DNA from: Vicinamibacterales bacterium
GTDB taxonomy: Bacteria; Acidobacteriota; Vicinamibacteria; Vicinamibacterales; SCN-69-37
Assembly: GCA_035512575.1 (NCBI GenBank)
Contig: DATKDT010000078.1
Coordinates: 32,896-96,895 of the forward strand
Reading direction: 5' to 3'
DNA length: 64,000 nt
A program made the position numbers and the translations under genes. This document shows positions 1 through 8,722 of the stretch, one piece after another (position 1 is the stretch's first letter; the number at the start of each line of letters is the position of its first letter). Under the pieces are notes generated by a model. It was given only the letters and a program-made list of their open reading frames with translations. It had not been told where the DNA came from and searched no databases.

Positions 1-945
1 TCTCTGAAGCGCGGGAGCAAGCCCGGCGACGATGAGACCGTCACGGCGTGGCTGGTTCGCATGGGCCAGACGCGACGGTTGCGCGGCTGGCTGTGGGAGC
101 CGCTGGCGATTGCCGCGCTCAACGAATCGCCCAATATTGCTTCCGCGCGCATGTTCGCGCCGGTGCTGCGCGAGCTGTTCGGCGGCCATCGGCGCGATGC
201 GAGCCTCGTGCTGCCGCTGCTGCCCCTTGGCGAGCTCTACGCGGAACCCGCCGCAAAGTATCTGGAATCGCGCGGCGGAGAGGTGCACCTCGGCCGTCCT
301 GCGCGCGTGTCCCCCGGCGCCGGTGGATTCACCGTTCGTGCGGGCGACCGGCGCTGGACCGCGCCAGCCGTGATAGCCGCCGTGCCCTGGCACCATCTGG
401 CGTCCCTCTTCGACGGCGCGATCCCTCCGGCGCTCGACGCGATCGCGGCCGCCGCCGCGGCCATGACGCCCGTGCCTATCGTCACCGTCAACATCTGGTT
501 CGACCGGCCCGTGCTCGAGGCGGACGATGTGCCGTTCAGAGGCCTGGTCGGCCGCACGGCGCAGTGGGTGTTCGATCGCCGGATCATCGACGGCGAGCGT
601 TCCATGCACGTCTCGGTCATCACCAGCGCGGCAGCCGGCCTGGTCGAGCGCGACGATGCGGCGATCATCGGAATCGTCACCGCCGACCTCCGGGCCGCCC
701 TTCCGGCGGCCGCGGACGCCGCGGTGCTGCGGGCGACGGTCATCCGCGAGAAGCAGGCGACGTTCTCCGTGAGGCCGGGCGCGCCGGACCGGCCGGTCGA
801 GCGCACGCCGTTGCCGGGCTTCTTTCTCGCCGGCGACTGGCTCAAAACAGGATTGCCGGGGACAATAGAGGGAGCCGTGCGCAGCGGAAACCGCGCGGCT
901 CACCAACTCCTGTGCGGTCCATCGTCATTCACTACAACGAAATAG
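1..945 (+). CDS. hpnE: Hydroxysqualene dehydroxylase HpnE-like FAD-dependent oxidoreductase (5' truncated by window)
   Basis: Frame open from base 1. WEPLAIAALNE, QWVFDR, VIREKQATF and C-terminal LAGDW.TGLPGTIEGAVRSG are typical of HpnE. Confidence 0.8.
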   Translation, partial: SLKRGSKPGDDETVTAWLVRMGQTRRLRGWLWEPLAIAALNESPNIASARMFAPVLRELFGGHRRDASLVLPLLPLGELYAEPAAKYLESRGGEVHLGRPARVSPGAGGFTVRAGDRRWTAPAVIAAVPWHHLASLFDGAIPPALDAIAAAAAAMTPVPIVTVNIWFDRPVLEADDVPFRGLVGRTAQWVFDRRIIDGERSMHVSVITSAAAGLVERDDAAIIGIVTADLRAALPAAADAAVLRATVIREKQATFSVRPGAPDRPVERTPLPGFFLAGDWLKTGLPGTIEGAVRSGNRAAHQLLCGPSSFTTTK

Positions 946-2093
946 CCCTGAAGGGGCGGAACCGTCCGTATTTCGTGGCGCGGCTCGTGCGGAACCTCCG
1001 CGAGGCGACGAAGGATGCCGGCGTGCCGTTCGTGCGCGTGCTCAACGGGCGGTTCGAGATGGAGCTGGCGCCCGGCGCCGACATCGACGAGGTGCGCGAC
1101 CGCGTGTCGCGCGTGTTCGGCGTCGGCAACTACGCGCGCGCGGGACGCACCGGGGTCGATCTCGATCAGATCGGCCGCGAGATCATCGATGGCCTGAAGG
1201 GGCGGCCGGATCCGGCGTCGTTCCGCATCGCCGCGCGGCGCGCCGACAAGCGCCATGCGATGACGTCGGTCGACATCGAGCGGCACATCGGCGCGATGGT
1301 GCAGGCGGCGACCGGCTGGAAGGTCGATCTGGGAAATCCCGCGCTCACCATCAACGTCGAGATGCTCGGCGACGAAACCTTCTATTCCTTTGGCAAGGAG
1401 AAAGGCGCCGGCGGGCTGCCGACCGGCGTGAGCGGCCGCGTGGCGTGCCTGCTCTCGGGCGGCATCGACTCGCCGGTGGCGGCGTGGCGGATGATGCGCC
1501 GCGGCTGCCGCGTCTATTTCATTCACTTCCACAGCTATCCCGTGCTGTCGCGCGCGTCGCAGGAGAAGGCCGTGGAGCTCGCGCGGCTGCTTACCCAGTG
1601 GCAGCTCCATTCACGCCTCTTCCTCGTGCCGTTCGCCGACATTCAGCAGAAGGCGCTGATGACGGTGGATCCGGCGCTGCGCGTCGTCGTCTACCGCCGG
1701 CTGATGGTGCGGATTGCGGAGCAGATTGCGCGGCGCGTGCGCGCGCAGGCGCTGGTCACCGGCGAGGTGATCGGCCAGGTGGCGTCGCAGACGCTCGAGA
1801 ACATGACGGTGATCGACGCCGCGTCGGCCATGCCGGTGCTGCGGCCGCTCGTCGGGATGGACAAGGAAGAGATCGTCGAGGCGGCGAAGGCGCTCGGCAG
1901 CTACCCGATTTCGATCATTCCCGATCAGGATTGCTGCACGCTGTTCACGCCGAAGCATCCGGCCACGCGCGCGTCGATCGGGCAGATCGAAGAGGCCGAG
2001 CGCGCGCTCGACGCGGGCGGGCTCATCGAGGCCGCCATGGCGGCCGCCGTGGTCCAGGACTTCGAGTTCCCGGTGATAAAATCGACGGCATGA
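912..2093 (+). CDS. thiI: tRNA 4-thiouridine(8) synthase ThiI, short form without rhodanese domain
   Basis: GTG at 912 gives VRSIVIHYNEIALKGRNR; THUMP region, PP-loop LLSGGIDSPVA, GQVASQT, DCC motif. Confidence 0.92.
   Translation: MRSIVIHYNEIALKGRNRPYFVARLVRNLREATKDAGVPFVRVLNGRFEMELAPGADIDEVRDRVSRVFGVGNYARAGRTGVDLDQIGREIIDGLKGRPDPASFRIAARRADKRHAMTSVDIERHIGAMVQAATGWKVDLGNPALTINVEMLGDETFYSFGKEKGAGGLPTGVSGRVACLLSGGIDSPVAAWRMMRRGCRVYFIHFHSYPVLSRASQEKAVELARLLTQWQLHSRLFLVPFADIQQKALMTVDPALRVVVYRRLMVRIAEQIARRVRAQALVTGEVIGQVASQTLENMTVIDAASAMPVLRPLVGMDKEEIVEAAKALGSYPISIIPDQDCCTLFTPKHPATRASIGQIEEAERALDAGGLIEAAMAAAVVQDFEFPVIKSTA
2074..2082 (+). promoter_or_regulatory. Extended -10 (TG-a-TAAAAT) 7 nt before lacD ATG; probable leaderless promoter
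   Basis: tgataaaat-cgacggc-ATG with no Shine-Dalgarno. Confidence 0.55.
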
Positions 2094-3073
2094 AGCTCAC
2101 CCCTGGAAAGCTCGCCGGCATGAAGGCCGTCTCCGATTCGCGCGGCGTGATTGCCGCCGCCGCCATGGATCAGCGCGGCTCGCTGCAGAAGGCGCTCGCG
2201 AAGGAGAAGGGCGGCGAGGTGACCGACGCGATGATGGAGGAGTTCAAGACCCTCGTCACCGAAGTGCTGACGCCGCATGCGACGGCCATCCTGCTCGATC
2301 CCGAATGGGGGCTGCCGGCCTCGAAGCGCCGCGCGAAGAACGCCGGCCTGCTGATGGCGTACGAGAAGACCGGTTACGACAAAACGGGGCCGGGGCGCCT
2401 TCCCGATCTGCTGGACGAGTGGTCCGTGCGCCGCATCAGGGAAGCGGGCGCCGACTGCCTCAAGATTCTGCTCTACTACACGCCGTTCGATCCCAAGGGC
2501 GTCAACGACACGAAGCATGCGTGGGTCGAGCGCATCGGCGACGAGTGCCGCGCCAACGACATCCCGTTCTTCCTCGAGTTCGTCGGCTATGAGGAAGGCG
2601 CCGACGAGAAGGGGCTCGAGTACGCGAAGAAGAAGCCCGGGATCGTCGCGAAGAGCATGGAGGAGTTCTCGAAGGACCGCTACGGCGTCGACGTCATGAA
2701 GGTCGAAGTGCCGGTGAACATGCAGTTCGTCGAGGGGGCGAAGTGCGGCAAGGGCCAGCAGGCGTACACGCGCGAGGAGGCTATCGCGCACTTCCGGAAT
2801 TCGGCGAAGGTCGCCACCAAGCCGTTCATCTATCTGTCGGCCGGCGTCAGCAACGCGGAGTTCACCGAGACGCTCGCGCTGGCGTCGGACGCCGGGACGA
2901 ATTTTTCAGGGGTGCTCTGCGGGCGCGCGACATGGAAGGACGGCATCCCCGTGTACGGGAAACAGGGCGCCGCCGCGTTCCGTGCGTGGCTGGAAGATCA
3001 GGGCGTGAAGAACATCGAAAACGTCAACGCGGCCCTGAAGGCCGCGAAGCCCTGGACCGCGTTTTACAGCTAA
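2090..3073 (+). CDS. lacD: Tagatose-1,6-bisphosphate aldolase (class I, LacD family)
   Basis: ATG overlaps thiI stop; AMDQRGSL, ILLDPEWG, AYEKTGYD, KVEVPVN, YLSAGV, GVLCGRATW. Confidence 0.88.
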   Translation: MKLTPGKLAGMKAVSDSRGVIAAAAMDQRGSLQKALAKEKGGEVTDAMMEEFKTLVTEVLTPHATAILLDPEWGLPASKRRAKNAGLLMAYEKTGYDKTGPGRLPDLLDEWSVRRIREAGADCLKILLYYTPFDPKGVNDTKHAWVERIGDECRANDIPFFLEFVGYEEGADEKGLEYAKKKPGIVAKSMEEFSKDRYGVDVMKVEVPVNMQFVEGAKCGKGQQAYTREEAIAHFRNSAKVATKPFIYLSAGVSNAEFTETLALASDAGTNFSGVLCGRATWKDGIPVYGKQGAAAFRAWLEDQGVKNIENVNAALKAAKPWTAFYS

Positions 3074-3534
3074 TCCCTTTTCAGAATCTCCGTCCCGCTG
3101 ACGCTGCCGAAGCAGGACGTGCCCGTGTACGGCACGCGCACCTGATTGGTTTCGATGACGGCGGTGCCGCTGAGCGAGATGGCGCACGCCACGCTGCCCG
3201 AGGTGGCCGTGGCGTTGACCTGGAACACGATGTTGTTGCCGCTCTGCGTGCCCTGAGCGGTGCCTGTCACCTGCAGCGTGTTGGCCTGGCACGACGCGCT
3301 GAAGTTGCCCTTCGCGCTGTTCGACGTCTTCTCGGTCACCGACCACGTGAAGTTCGTGCACGAATCGGCCGAGGGAATCGAGTTGATCGAGCGGTACGTG
3401 CCGGCCAGGGCCGACACCGAGAAATTCGGCGCCGAGGGGCCGGTAATGGATGAGGCGTTACGGCTGAACTCGAAACAGCCCGCGGACACCATGGCAACGG
3501 CCGCCATCGCGGCCACGGAGATATAGCGCTTCAT
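3070..3534 (-). CDS. Hypothetical Ser/Thr-rich lipoprotein
   Basis: MKRYISVAAMAAVAMVSAG-C signal peptide with lipobox; beta-rich mature part with four more Cys. Confidence 0.7.
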   Translation of the reverse strand: MKRYISVAAMAAVAMVSAGCFEFSRNASSITGPSAPNFSVSALAGTYRSINSIPSADSCTNFTWSVTEKTSNSAKGNFSASCQANTLQVTGTAQGTQSGNNIVFQVNATATSGSVACAISLSGTAVIETNQVRVPYTGTSCFGSVSGTEILKRD

Positions 3535-3592
3535 AAACGTTCTTCCTGCGGGAGCGGTACTGGGGGGGACGGCAAGGATAACATATTCTCCT

Positions 3593-4150
3593 ATGGCCAT
3601 CCGCAAGGTCGCCCGCATGGGCCACCCCGTCCTGCGTGAGCCGGCAAGGCCGCTTTCAGAAGCGGACGTGCGCACGCCCGAATTCCAGCGCCTGATCGAC
3701 GACATGCTCGACACGATGGCTGACTATCAGGGTATCGGTCTCGCGGCGCCGCAGGTGTACGAGGGCCTGCGGGTATTCGTGGCGGGAAGCGATCCGGATG
3801 CGTCGATCGGCGACATGACGGACGCGGGCCGCATGCCGCTGATTGCGCTCGTCAATCCGGAAATCACGCCCGTCGGGCGCGCGGTCGAGGTCGACTGGGA
3901 GGGCTGCCTGAGCATTCCCGATATCCGCGGCGAGGTGCCGCGGGCGCGCGACATCACCGTGCGCGCGCTGGATCGCGAGGGCCGCCGCGTCGAGTTCAGC
4001 GCATCGGGATTTCCCGCGCGCGTGATTCAGCACGAAACGGATCACCTCGACGGCGTGCTGTTCTTCGACCGGATGCGCTCGTTCGAGACGCTTACTTTTC
4101 TCGAGGAATATCAGCGCTACTGGGCGCGAGCGGACGAGGACGAAGCGTAA
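3593..4150 (+). CDS. def: Peptide deformylase
   Basis: GIGLAAPQ, EGCLS and QHETDHLDG motifs. Confidence 0.95.
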   Translation: MAIRKVARMGHPVLREPARPLSEADVRTPEFQRLIDDMLDTMADYQGIGLAAPQVYEGLRVFVAGSDPDASIGDMTDAGRMPLIALVNPEITPVGRAVEVDWEGCLSIPDIRGEVPRARDITVRALDREGRRVEFSASGFPARVIQHETDHLDGVLFFDRMRSFETLTFLEEYQRYWARADEDEA

Positions 4151-6407
4151 GCGTCCGCCACGTGGACGCGCGCACCGCCGCTTCCGAAAACGCCATCGGC
4201 ACGTAGCGGCCCTCGTTCCAGAGCGGCAGCAGGTCGTCGTAATGCGCGCTCATCGGGTGGCCCGACTGGCCCAGCGGAATCACGAATCGCGACTCATCCC
4301 AGTTGCCGACGTCGACGATCTGCCGGTACGACGCGATGAGCGTCTGATCCCGGATGCGCATCACGGGATTGACCGTGAAGCTGTCGCCGGGCCGCCGCAG
4401 CTCGCGGCTGAACACGGGCCGCAGCCACCCGACGGCATCCATCGGCGCATGCGCGAACCGGACGGTGTTGCCCGTGTCCCACCGCCACGCGCCCATCTGC
4501 GCCCCCTGCTCGCGATCGAGCGCCTCGATGGCGCGCGTGAGCGCGCCGCCCAGAGTGCTGCCGCACGTCTGCCGCCCCGGCAGCTCCACATCGTCGCACC
4601 ATGCGTCCGCGCCGGAGCGGGCGAACTGGTGCATGGCGCGCGCGAGCGCCGCGCCGCCCGCCTCATAGTCGGCGAAGAGCTGGTCGCCGAGCTCGTCGCG
4701 GAGCAGCGCCCTTGCCGCCTCGTGGTAATAGCGCTTGAACAGCGCCGCTTCCGGACTGCCCGCGCGCATGCCGCCATCCCACGACCGCAGTGCATCGAGG
4801 GCCGCGGCCGCCCGCCGATCGCGCGGCTCGGCCGCGTCGAAGAGCAGCGGCGCCAGCGCGCGCGGCTGCAGCGACACGACGTCCTGCTGCATGCGCGCCA
4901 CGTCTGCTAATGAGACCGCGGCCTCTGCGTCCACCAGTTCCGCAATCCGCGCGGCGCGATACGGCAGATCGAAGCTCGTGCTCATCGGCGGCCCGGCGCC
5001 GCCAATCGTGTTGTTCGCGCTGATCACGCGGCCCGACGGCGGATCGGCGGTCCAGGCCGTCAGGGCGGCTGACACCTGCGACGTCCACGCGCCCGTCTGC
5101 GCGTCGCGCACGGGCACCGACCCCGCCGCCGTGTAGCCGATGCTGCCGGCGGCGTCCGCATAGACGATGCTGAGCACCGGCGCGTGCATGCGCGCGGCCG
5201 CCGCGCGCACGGCGGCCGCGTCGCCCGCGGCGTTCAGCGCGACGAACGCGGCCACGGTCGCGTCTTCGCGATCCAGTCCGGACCACCGGAGCGCGAGCGC
5301 TCCCCGCTCGCCGACGAGATCCGAGATGACCGGCCCATTCGCCGAGACACGCACGCGCAGCCGCTCGTCGGCCTGTCCCTTGACCCTGATGACTTCCTCG
5401 ATCGTCTCGGTGCGCTCGTCGTGCCGGACGATGAACAGGTCCTGCGCGTCGGCCATGGCGTTGGTAATGCCCCAGGCGACACGGCCGTTGTGGCCGATCA
5501 CGACGGCGGGCGCGCCAGGGAAGGTGGCGCCGATCACGTCGAGGCCGCCGCCCGTCATGTGCACCAGATACCAGGTCGCCGGCGCCTGCGCGGGGATGTG
5601 CGGATCGTTCGCCAGGAGCGGGCGTCCCGAAGCCGTCAGTGTGCCGTCGAGGACCCAGGCATTGCTGGCGGCGGCCGACGGCGGCGCGGCAATGTCCAGC
5701 AGCCGCGCGATCTCGTCGAGCGCCGCGGCGTCGGCCGGCGCCACCCGCGGCAGGATCGTCGCGCCGTCGAGCGCGCCCGGCAGCAGCGCATCGGCGCGCC
5801 CGGCGCCGACCTTTGCCGTCAGCCGCAGGCGCATCAAATCCTCGCGCCAGTTCATGCCCTGCCCCCACGCCACCAGCTTCATCGCCGCCACGACATCGTC
5901 GGCCGTCCAGGGCTCGGGGCGGATGCCGGTCAGCGCGTACTCCACCGGCAGGCGCCAGCCTGACGAGCGTGCGAGGAACGCGTTGATGCCGCGGACGTAG
6001 GCGTCGATCCAGGCGAGCGTGGGGGCGTCGAGCGCCGCGCGCGCGTCGCGGGCGGCGCGCGCGAATCCGATGGTGCGCATGAAGCGATCGGTCGCGAGCG
6101 CGCCCGGGCCGAGCGCCTCGGAGAGGCGGCCTGCAGCCGCGCGGCGCTGCACCTCCATCTGCCAGAGGCGATCCTGCGCGTGCACGAATCCGAGCGCGAA
6201 GATCGCATCGTCTCTGCCGGCGGCGCGGATGTGGGGAATGCCGTACCGGTCGCGCAGGATCTCGATGGGCGCCGACGCGCCGTCGACGACGATTTCGCCG
6301 CGCACCTGGGGCAGCGGCCGGTGGAATCGCAGCAGCGCGCCGCCCACGACCGCAACGACGATCAGGATCGGAACTGCGAACAGGAACTGGAACTGAATCC
6401 TTCTCAT
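4092..6407 (-). CDS. Penicillin acylase family (Ntn hydrolase) protein
   Basis: N-terminal hydrophobic anchor, RDRYGIPHI, GFVHAQDRLWQME, catalytic SNAW, LLANDPH, GQSGHP..HYDD. Start uncertain. Confidence 0.88.
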   Translation of the reverse strand: MRRIQFQFLFAVPILIVVAVVGGALLRFHRPLPQVRGEIVVDGASAPIEILRDRYGIPHIRAAGRDDAIFALGFVHAQDRLWQMEVQRRAAAGRLSEALGPGALATDRFMRTIGFARAARDARAALDAPTLAWIDAYVRGINAFLARSSGWRLPVEYALTGIRPEPWTADDVVAAMKLVAWGQGMNWREDLMRLRLTAKVGAGRADALLPGALDGATILPRVAPADAAALDEIARLLDIAAPPSAAASNAWVLDGTLTASGRPLLANDPHIPAQAPATWYLVHMTGGGLDVIGATFPGAPAVVIGHNGRVAWGITNAMADAQDLFIVRHDERTETIEEVIRVKGQADERLRVRVSANGPVISDLVGERGALALRWSGLDREDATVAAFVALNAAGDAAAVRAAAARMHAPVLSIVYADAAGSIGYTAAGSVPVRDAQTGAWTSQVSAALTAWTADPPSGRVISANNTIGGAGPPMSTSFDLPYRAARIAELVDAEAAVSLADVARMQQDVVSLQPRALAPLLFDAAEPRDRRAAAALDALRSWDGGMRAGSPEAALFKRYYHEAARALLRDELGDQLFADYEAGGAALARAMHQFARSGADAWCDDVELPGRQTCGSTLGGALTRAIEALDREQGAQMGAWRWDTGNTVRFAHAPMDAVGWLRPVFSRELRRPGDSFTVNPVMRIRDQTLIASYRQIVDVGNWDESRFVIPLGQSGHPMSAHYDDLLPLWNEGRYVPMAFSEAAVRASTWRTLTLRPRPLAPSSADIPREK

Positions 6408-6412
6408 ATAAT
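6407..6412 (+). promoter_or_regulatory. Consensus -10 TATAAT 7 nt before in-frame GTG 6420 of thyX
   Basis: tataat-gcagggc-GTG. Confidence 0.55.
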
Positions 6413-6419
6413 GCAGGGC

Positions 6420-8030
6420 GTGCAGCCCCCGGCATCTCCCGAGTTCACACAGGAAGAAGCGCGGGCGCTCGCGCCTTACTTTACCAATCTCGATCGTCCG
6501 GTCTTCGCGCTCGTCAATCTGCCCGAAACCGTGAAGGGCGCGCTGTTCGCGCGTTATTCGCGATCGGCGAAGCCGCTCCGCCGGCTCTTTCTCGACGAAT
6601 TTCTCGACAAAGTCGCGGCGGCCGGCGCCGGGCCCGCCCAGGCGGGCGACGTCGGCGTGAAGCGCGCCGAGCAGCTGTATCAGAAGGTCTTCAGCGACTA
6701 CGGCGACGACTCGGTGGCGCAGCTCGGCGGCGTGCACGTGGCGGTGGAGAACGCGTCCAACGTGCTGACCAAGCTGCTGGAGTGGGGCCGCCTGATGGCG
6801 TATCTCGAGCAGTCGACCCGGTACATCCCATACACCGATCGGCAGGACGGCGCCTGGCGGTATCACGTCCCGGCGGAGCTCGCCGGACATCCCCTGCGCG
6901 CGCAGTACGTCGAGACGCTCGATCACGCCTTTGCCGTCTACGCCGAGTGGTTCGAGCGCATGCGCGTGTACTTCGGTGTGCGGCATCCGCGCGCGGCGAA
7001 CGACTCGGAAGGCGTGCACCGCGCGGCCATTCGCGCGAAGGCGCTCGACACGCTGCGCGGCCTGCTGCCGGCCGCCACCGAATCGAGTGTCGGCATCTAT
7101 GCGACCGGGCAGGCGTACGAGGCGCTGCTGCTGCGGCTGCGCGCGAGCCGGCTGCGCGAAGCCAACGACTGCGCCGCGCTGCTCCTCGAAGAGCTGCGCA
7201 AGGTCATCCCCGCGTTCCTGACGCGCGTCGACGTGCCCGACCGTGGGGGCGCGTGGAGCGAGTATCTCGCGCGCGTGCGGGAAGACGCGTCCGACATGGC
7301 GGCGCACGTGCTCGACGGCGAGGCGCCCGAGGCGCGGCCCGAAGTCACGCTGTCGGAATTCGATCCCGAAGGCGAGCTGAAGGTCGTGGCCGCCGCGCTC
7401 TATGCCGGCACGGATCTGCCCGACGACCAGCTGCTGAGCGTCGCCCGGCACCTGTCGGCCGATCAGCAGGCCGCGGTGCTGGCCGCCTATGCCGGTGAGC
7501 GACGCAACCGGCGGCACCGTCCCGGACGGGCATTCGAGCGCACGTCCTACCGGTTCGACGTGCTCACCGACTACGGCGCCTTCCGCGACCTGCAGCGCCA
7601 CCGGCTGCTGACGCTCGAATGGCAGGCGCTGTCGCCGCGTCACGGCTACTCGCTGCCCGACGCGATCGAAGAGGCCGGCGGCGGCGCCGCGTTCCGTGGC
7701 GTGATGGATCGATCCGCGGCGCTCTGGCAGTCGCTCATGGACGCCGGGCTGCAGGACATCGCGCCGTACGCCGTGTCGATGGCCTGCCGCGTCCGCTTCT
7801 ACATGCACATGAACGCGCGCGAGGCGATGCACGTCATCGAGCTGCGCACGCAGCCGCAGGGCCATCCGGCCTATCGCCGCGTGTGCCAGGAGATGCACCG
7901 GCTCATCGCCGAGACTGCGGGCCACCGCGGCATCGCGGCGGCCATGAAGCACGTGGACCATTCGGCTGTAGAGCTCGAGCGGCTGCAGTCGGAACGCGCA
8001 CTCGAGCGCAAGCGTCTCAGCCGGACGTGA
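6420..8030 (+). CDS. thyX: FAD-dependent thymidylate synthase, long tandem-domain ThyX type
   Basis: GALFARYSRS, YGDDSVAQLG, YLEQSTRY, RDLQRHR, ELRT.PQGH..YR. Alternative start is ATG 6411. Confidence 0.82.
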   Translation: MQPPASPEFTQEEARALAPYFTNLDRPVFALVNLPETVKGALFARYSRSAKPLRRLFLDEFLDKVAAAGAGPAQAGDVGVKRAEQLYQKVFSDYGDDSVAQLGGVHVAVENASNVLTKLLEWGRLMAYLEQSTRYIPYTDRQDGAWRYHVPAELAGHPLRAQYVETLDHAFAVYAEWFERMRVYFGVRHPRAANDSEGVHRAAIRAKALDTLRGLLPAATESSVGIYATGQAYEALLLRLRASRLREANDCAALLLEELRKVIPAFLTRVDVPDRGGAWSEYLARVREDASDMAAHVLDGEAPEARPEVTLSEFDPEGELKVVAAALYAGTDLPDDQLLSVARHLSADQQAAVLAAYAGERRNRRHRPGRAFERTSYRFDVLTDYGAFRDLQRHRLLTLEWQALSPRHGYSLPDAIEEAGGGAAFRGVMDRSAALWQSLMDAGLQDIAPYAVSMACRVRFYMHMNAREAMHVIELRTQPQGHPAYRRVCQEMHRLIAETAGHRGIAAAMKHVDHSAVELERLQSERALERKRLSRT

Positions 8031-8455
8031 ACCTCCTCTACACGCATCGCGTCGAGGTGCGCTTCGTCGACTGCGACCCGTTCGGGCACGTCAACAACGC
8101 CGTCTACCTGTCGTACCTCGAGCAGGCGCGCTTCGGGTTGTGGCGGCGCCTCTGGGGCTTCAACGGCGAGACGGCGACGACCGCCGCCGGCGGGGCGGGC
8201 CTGATTCTCGCGCGCGCGGAGTGCGACTACCGGCTGCAGGCCACCTACGGCGACACGCTCGACGTCCGCCTCGGCCTTGCGGCGATCGGGCGCACGAGCT
8301 TCACGTACGAATACGAGATCGTCGACGTCGCGACCGGCCGTGTCGTGGCGCAGGCGCGAACCGTGCAGGTGCTCTACGACTATGCACAGGGCACGCCCGT
8401 GCCGATTGACGAGGCCCGGCGCGCCGACCTGTCGAAAGCGTTTGGTGACCCATGA
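8027..8455 (+). CDS. Acyl-CoA thioesterase (4HBT/YbgC hotdog family)
   Basis: GTGA overlap with thyX stop; VRFVDCDPFGHVNNAVYLSYLEQAR; GRTSF. Confidence 0.9.
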   Translation: MNLLYTHRVEVRFVDCDPFGHVNNAVYLSYLEQARFGLWRRLWGFNGETATTAAGGAGLILARAECDYRLQATYGDTLDVRLGLAAIGRTSFTYEYEIVDVATGRVVAQARTVQVLYDYAQGTPVPIDEARRADLSKAFGDP

Positions 8456-8661
8456 TTGAAATCTACGGCAAGGATGCCTGTCCCTACACGCAAGCCGCGC
8501 GCGACGCGTACGAGCCGAAGGGCGCCGTCTACCTGAACGTCAAGGAAGACCCGCAGGCGATGGCACGGATGCTCGAGTTCAGCAAAGGCCGGCGCGTCGT
8601 TCCCGTCATCGTCGAAGACGGCAACGTCACGGTCGGCTACGGCGGCACTTGAGGGGTGTAG
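8452..8661 (+). CDS. Glutaredoxin-like protein, probable Uxx-star selenoprotein (TGA 8650-8652 read as Sec, then G-V-stop)
   Basis: IYGKDACPYT...VPVIVEDG.VTVGYGGT followed by TGA GGG GTG TAG; hairpin 11 nt after the TGA. Ends at 8652 if TGA is a stop. Confidence 0.75.
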
Positions 8662-8663
8662 GG

Positions 8664-8680
8664 CGGGCCCGGCGGGCCCG
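8664..8680 (+). other. Candidate bacterial SECIS hairpin
   Basis: CGGGCCC-GGC-GGGCCCG starts exactly 11 nt after the TGA. Confidence 0.55.
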
Positions 8681-8690
8681 TGCGAATTTT

Positions 8691-8722
8691 TGATTTGGTG
8701 ATCTGGTGATCTGGTGATTTGG
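8691..8722 (+). repeat. Octamer tandem array (TGATYTGG)x4
   Basis: TGATTTGG TGATCTGG TGATCTGG TGATTTGG; contains the GTG start at 8714. Confidence 0.85.

Noticed and set aside
48..911. Long N-terminal extension of ThiI in the ORF track
   Set aside because: It overlaps hpnE in another frame; the ThiI-like sequence begins at GTG 912. Similar over-extended starts were trimmed for lacD, serC, eno and others.
4092..4150. Tail-to-tail overlaps (def/acylase 59 nt; also 16471-16488 and 31141-31172)
   Set aside because: Common in compact high-GC genomes, with no sign of a special function.
8658..8680. Hairpin after the glutaredoxin-like gene as a terminator or GTAG REP
   Set aside because: There is no adjacent U tract, and its position fits a SECIS better. 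A REP origin is not fully excluded because GTAG precedes it.
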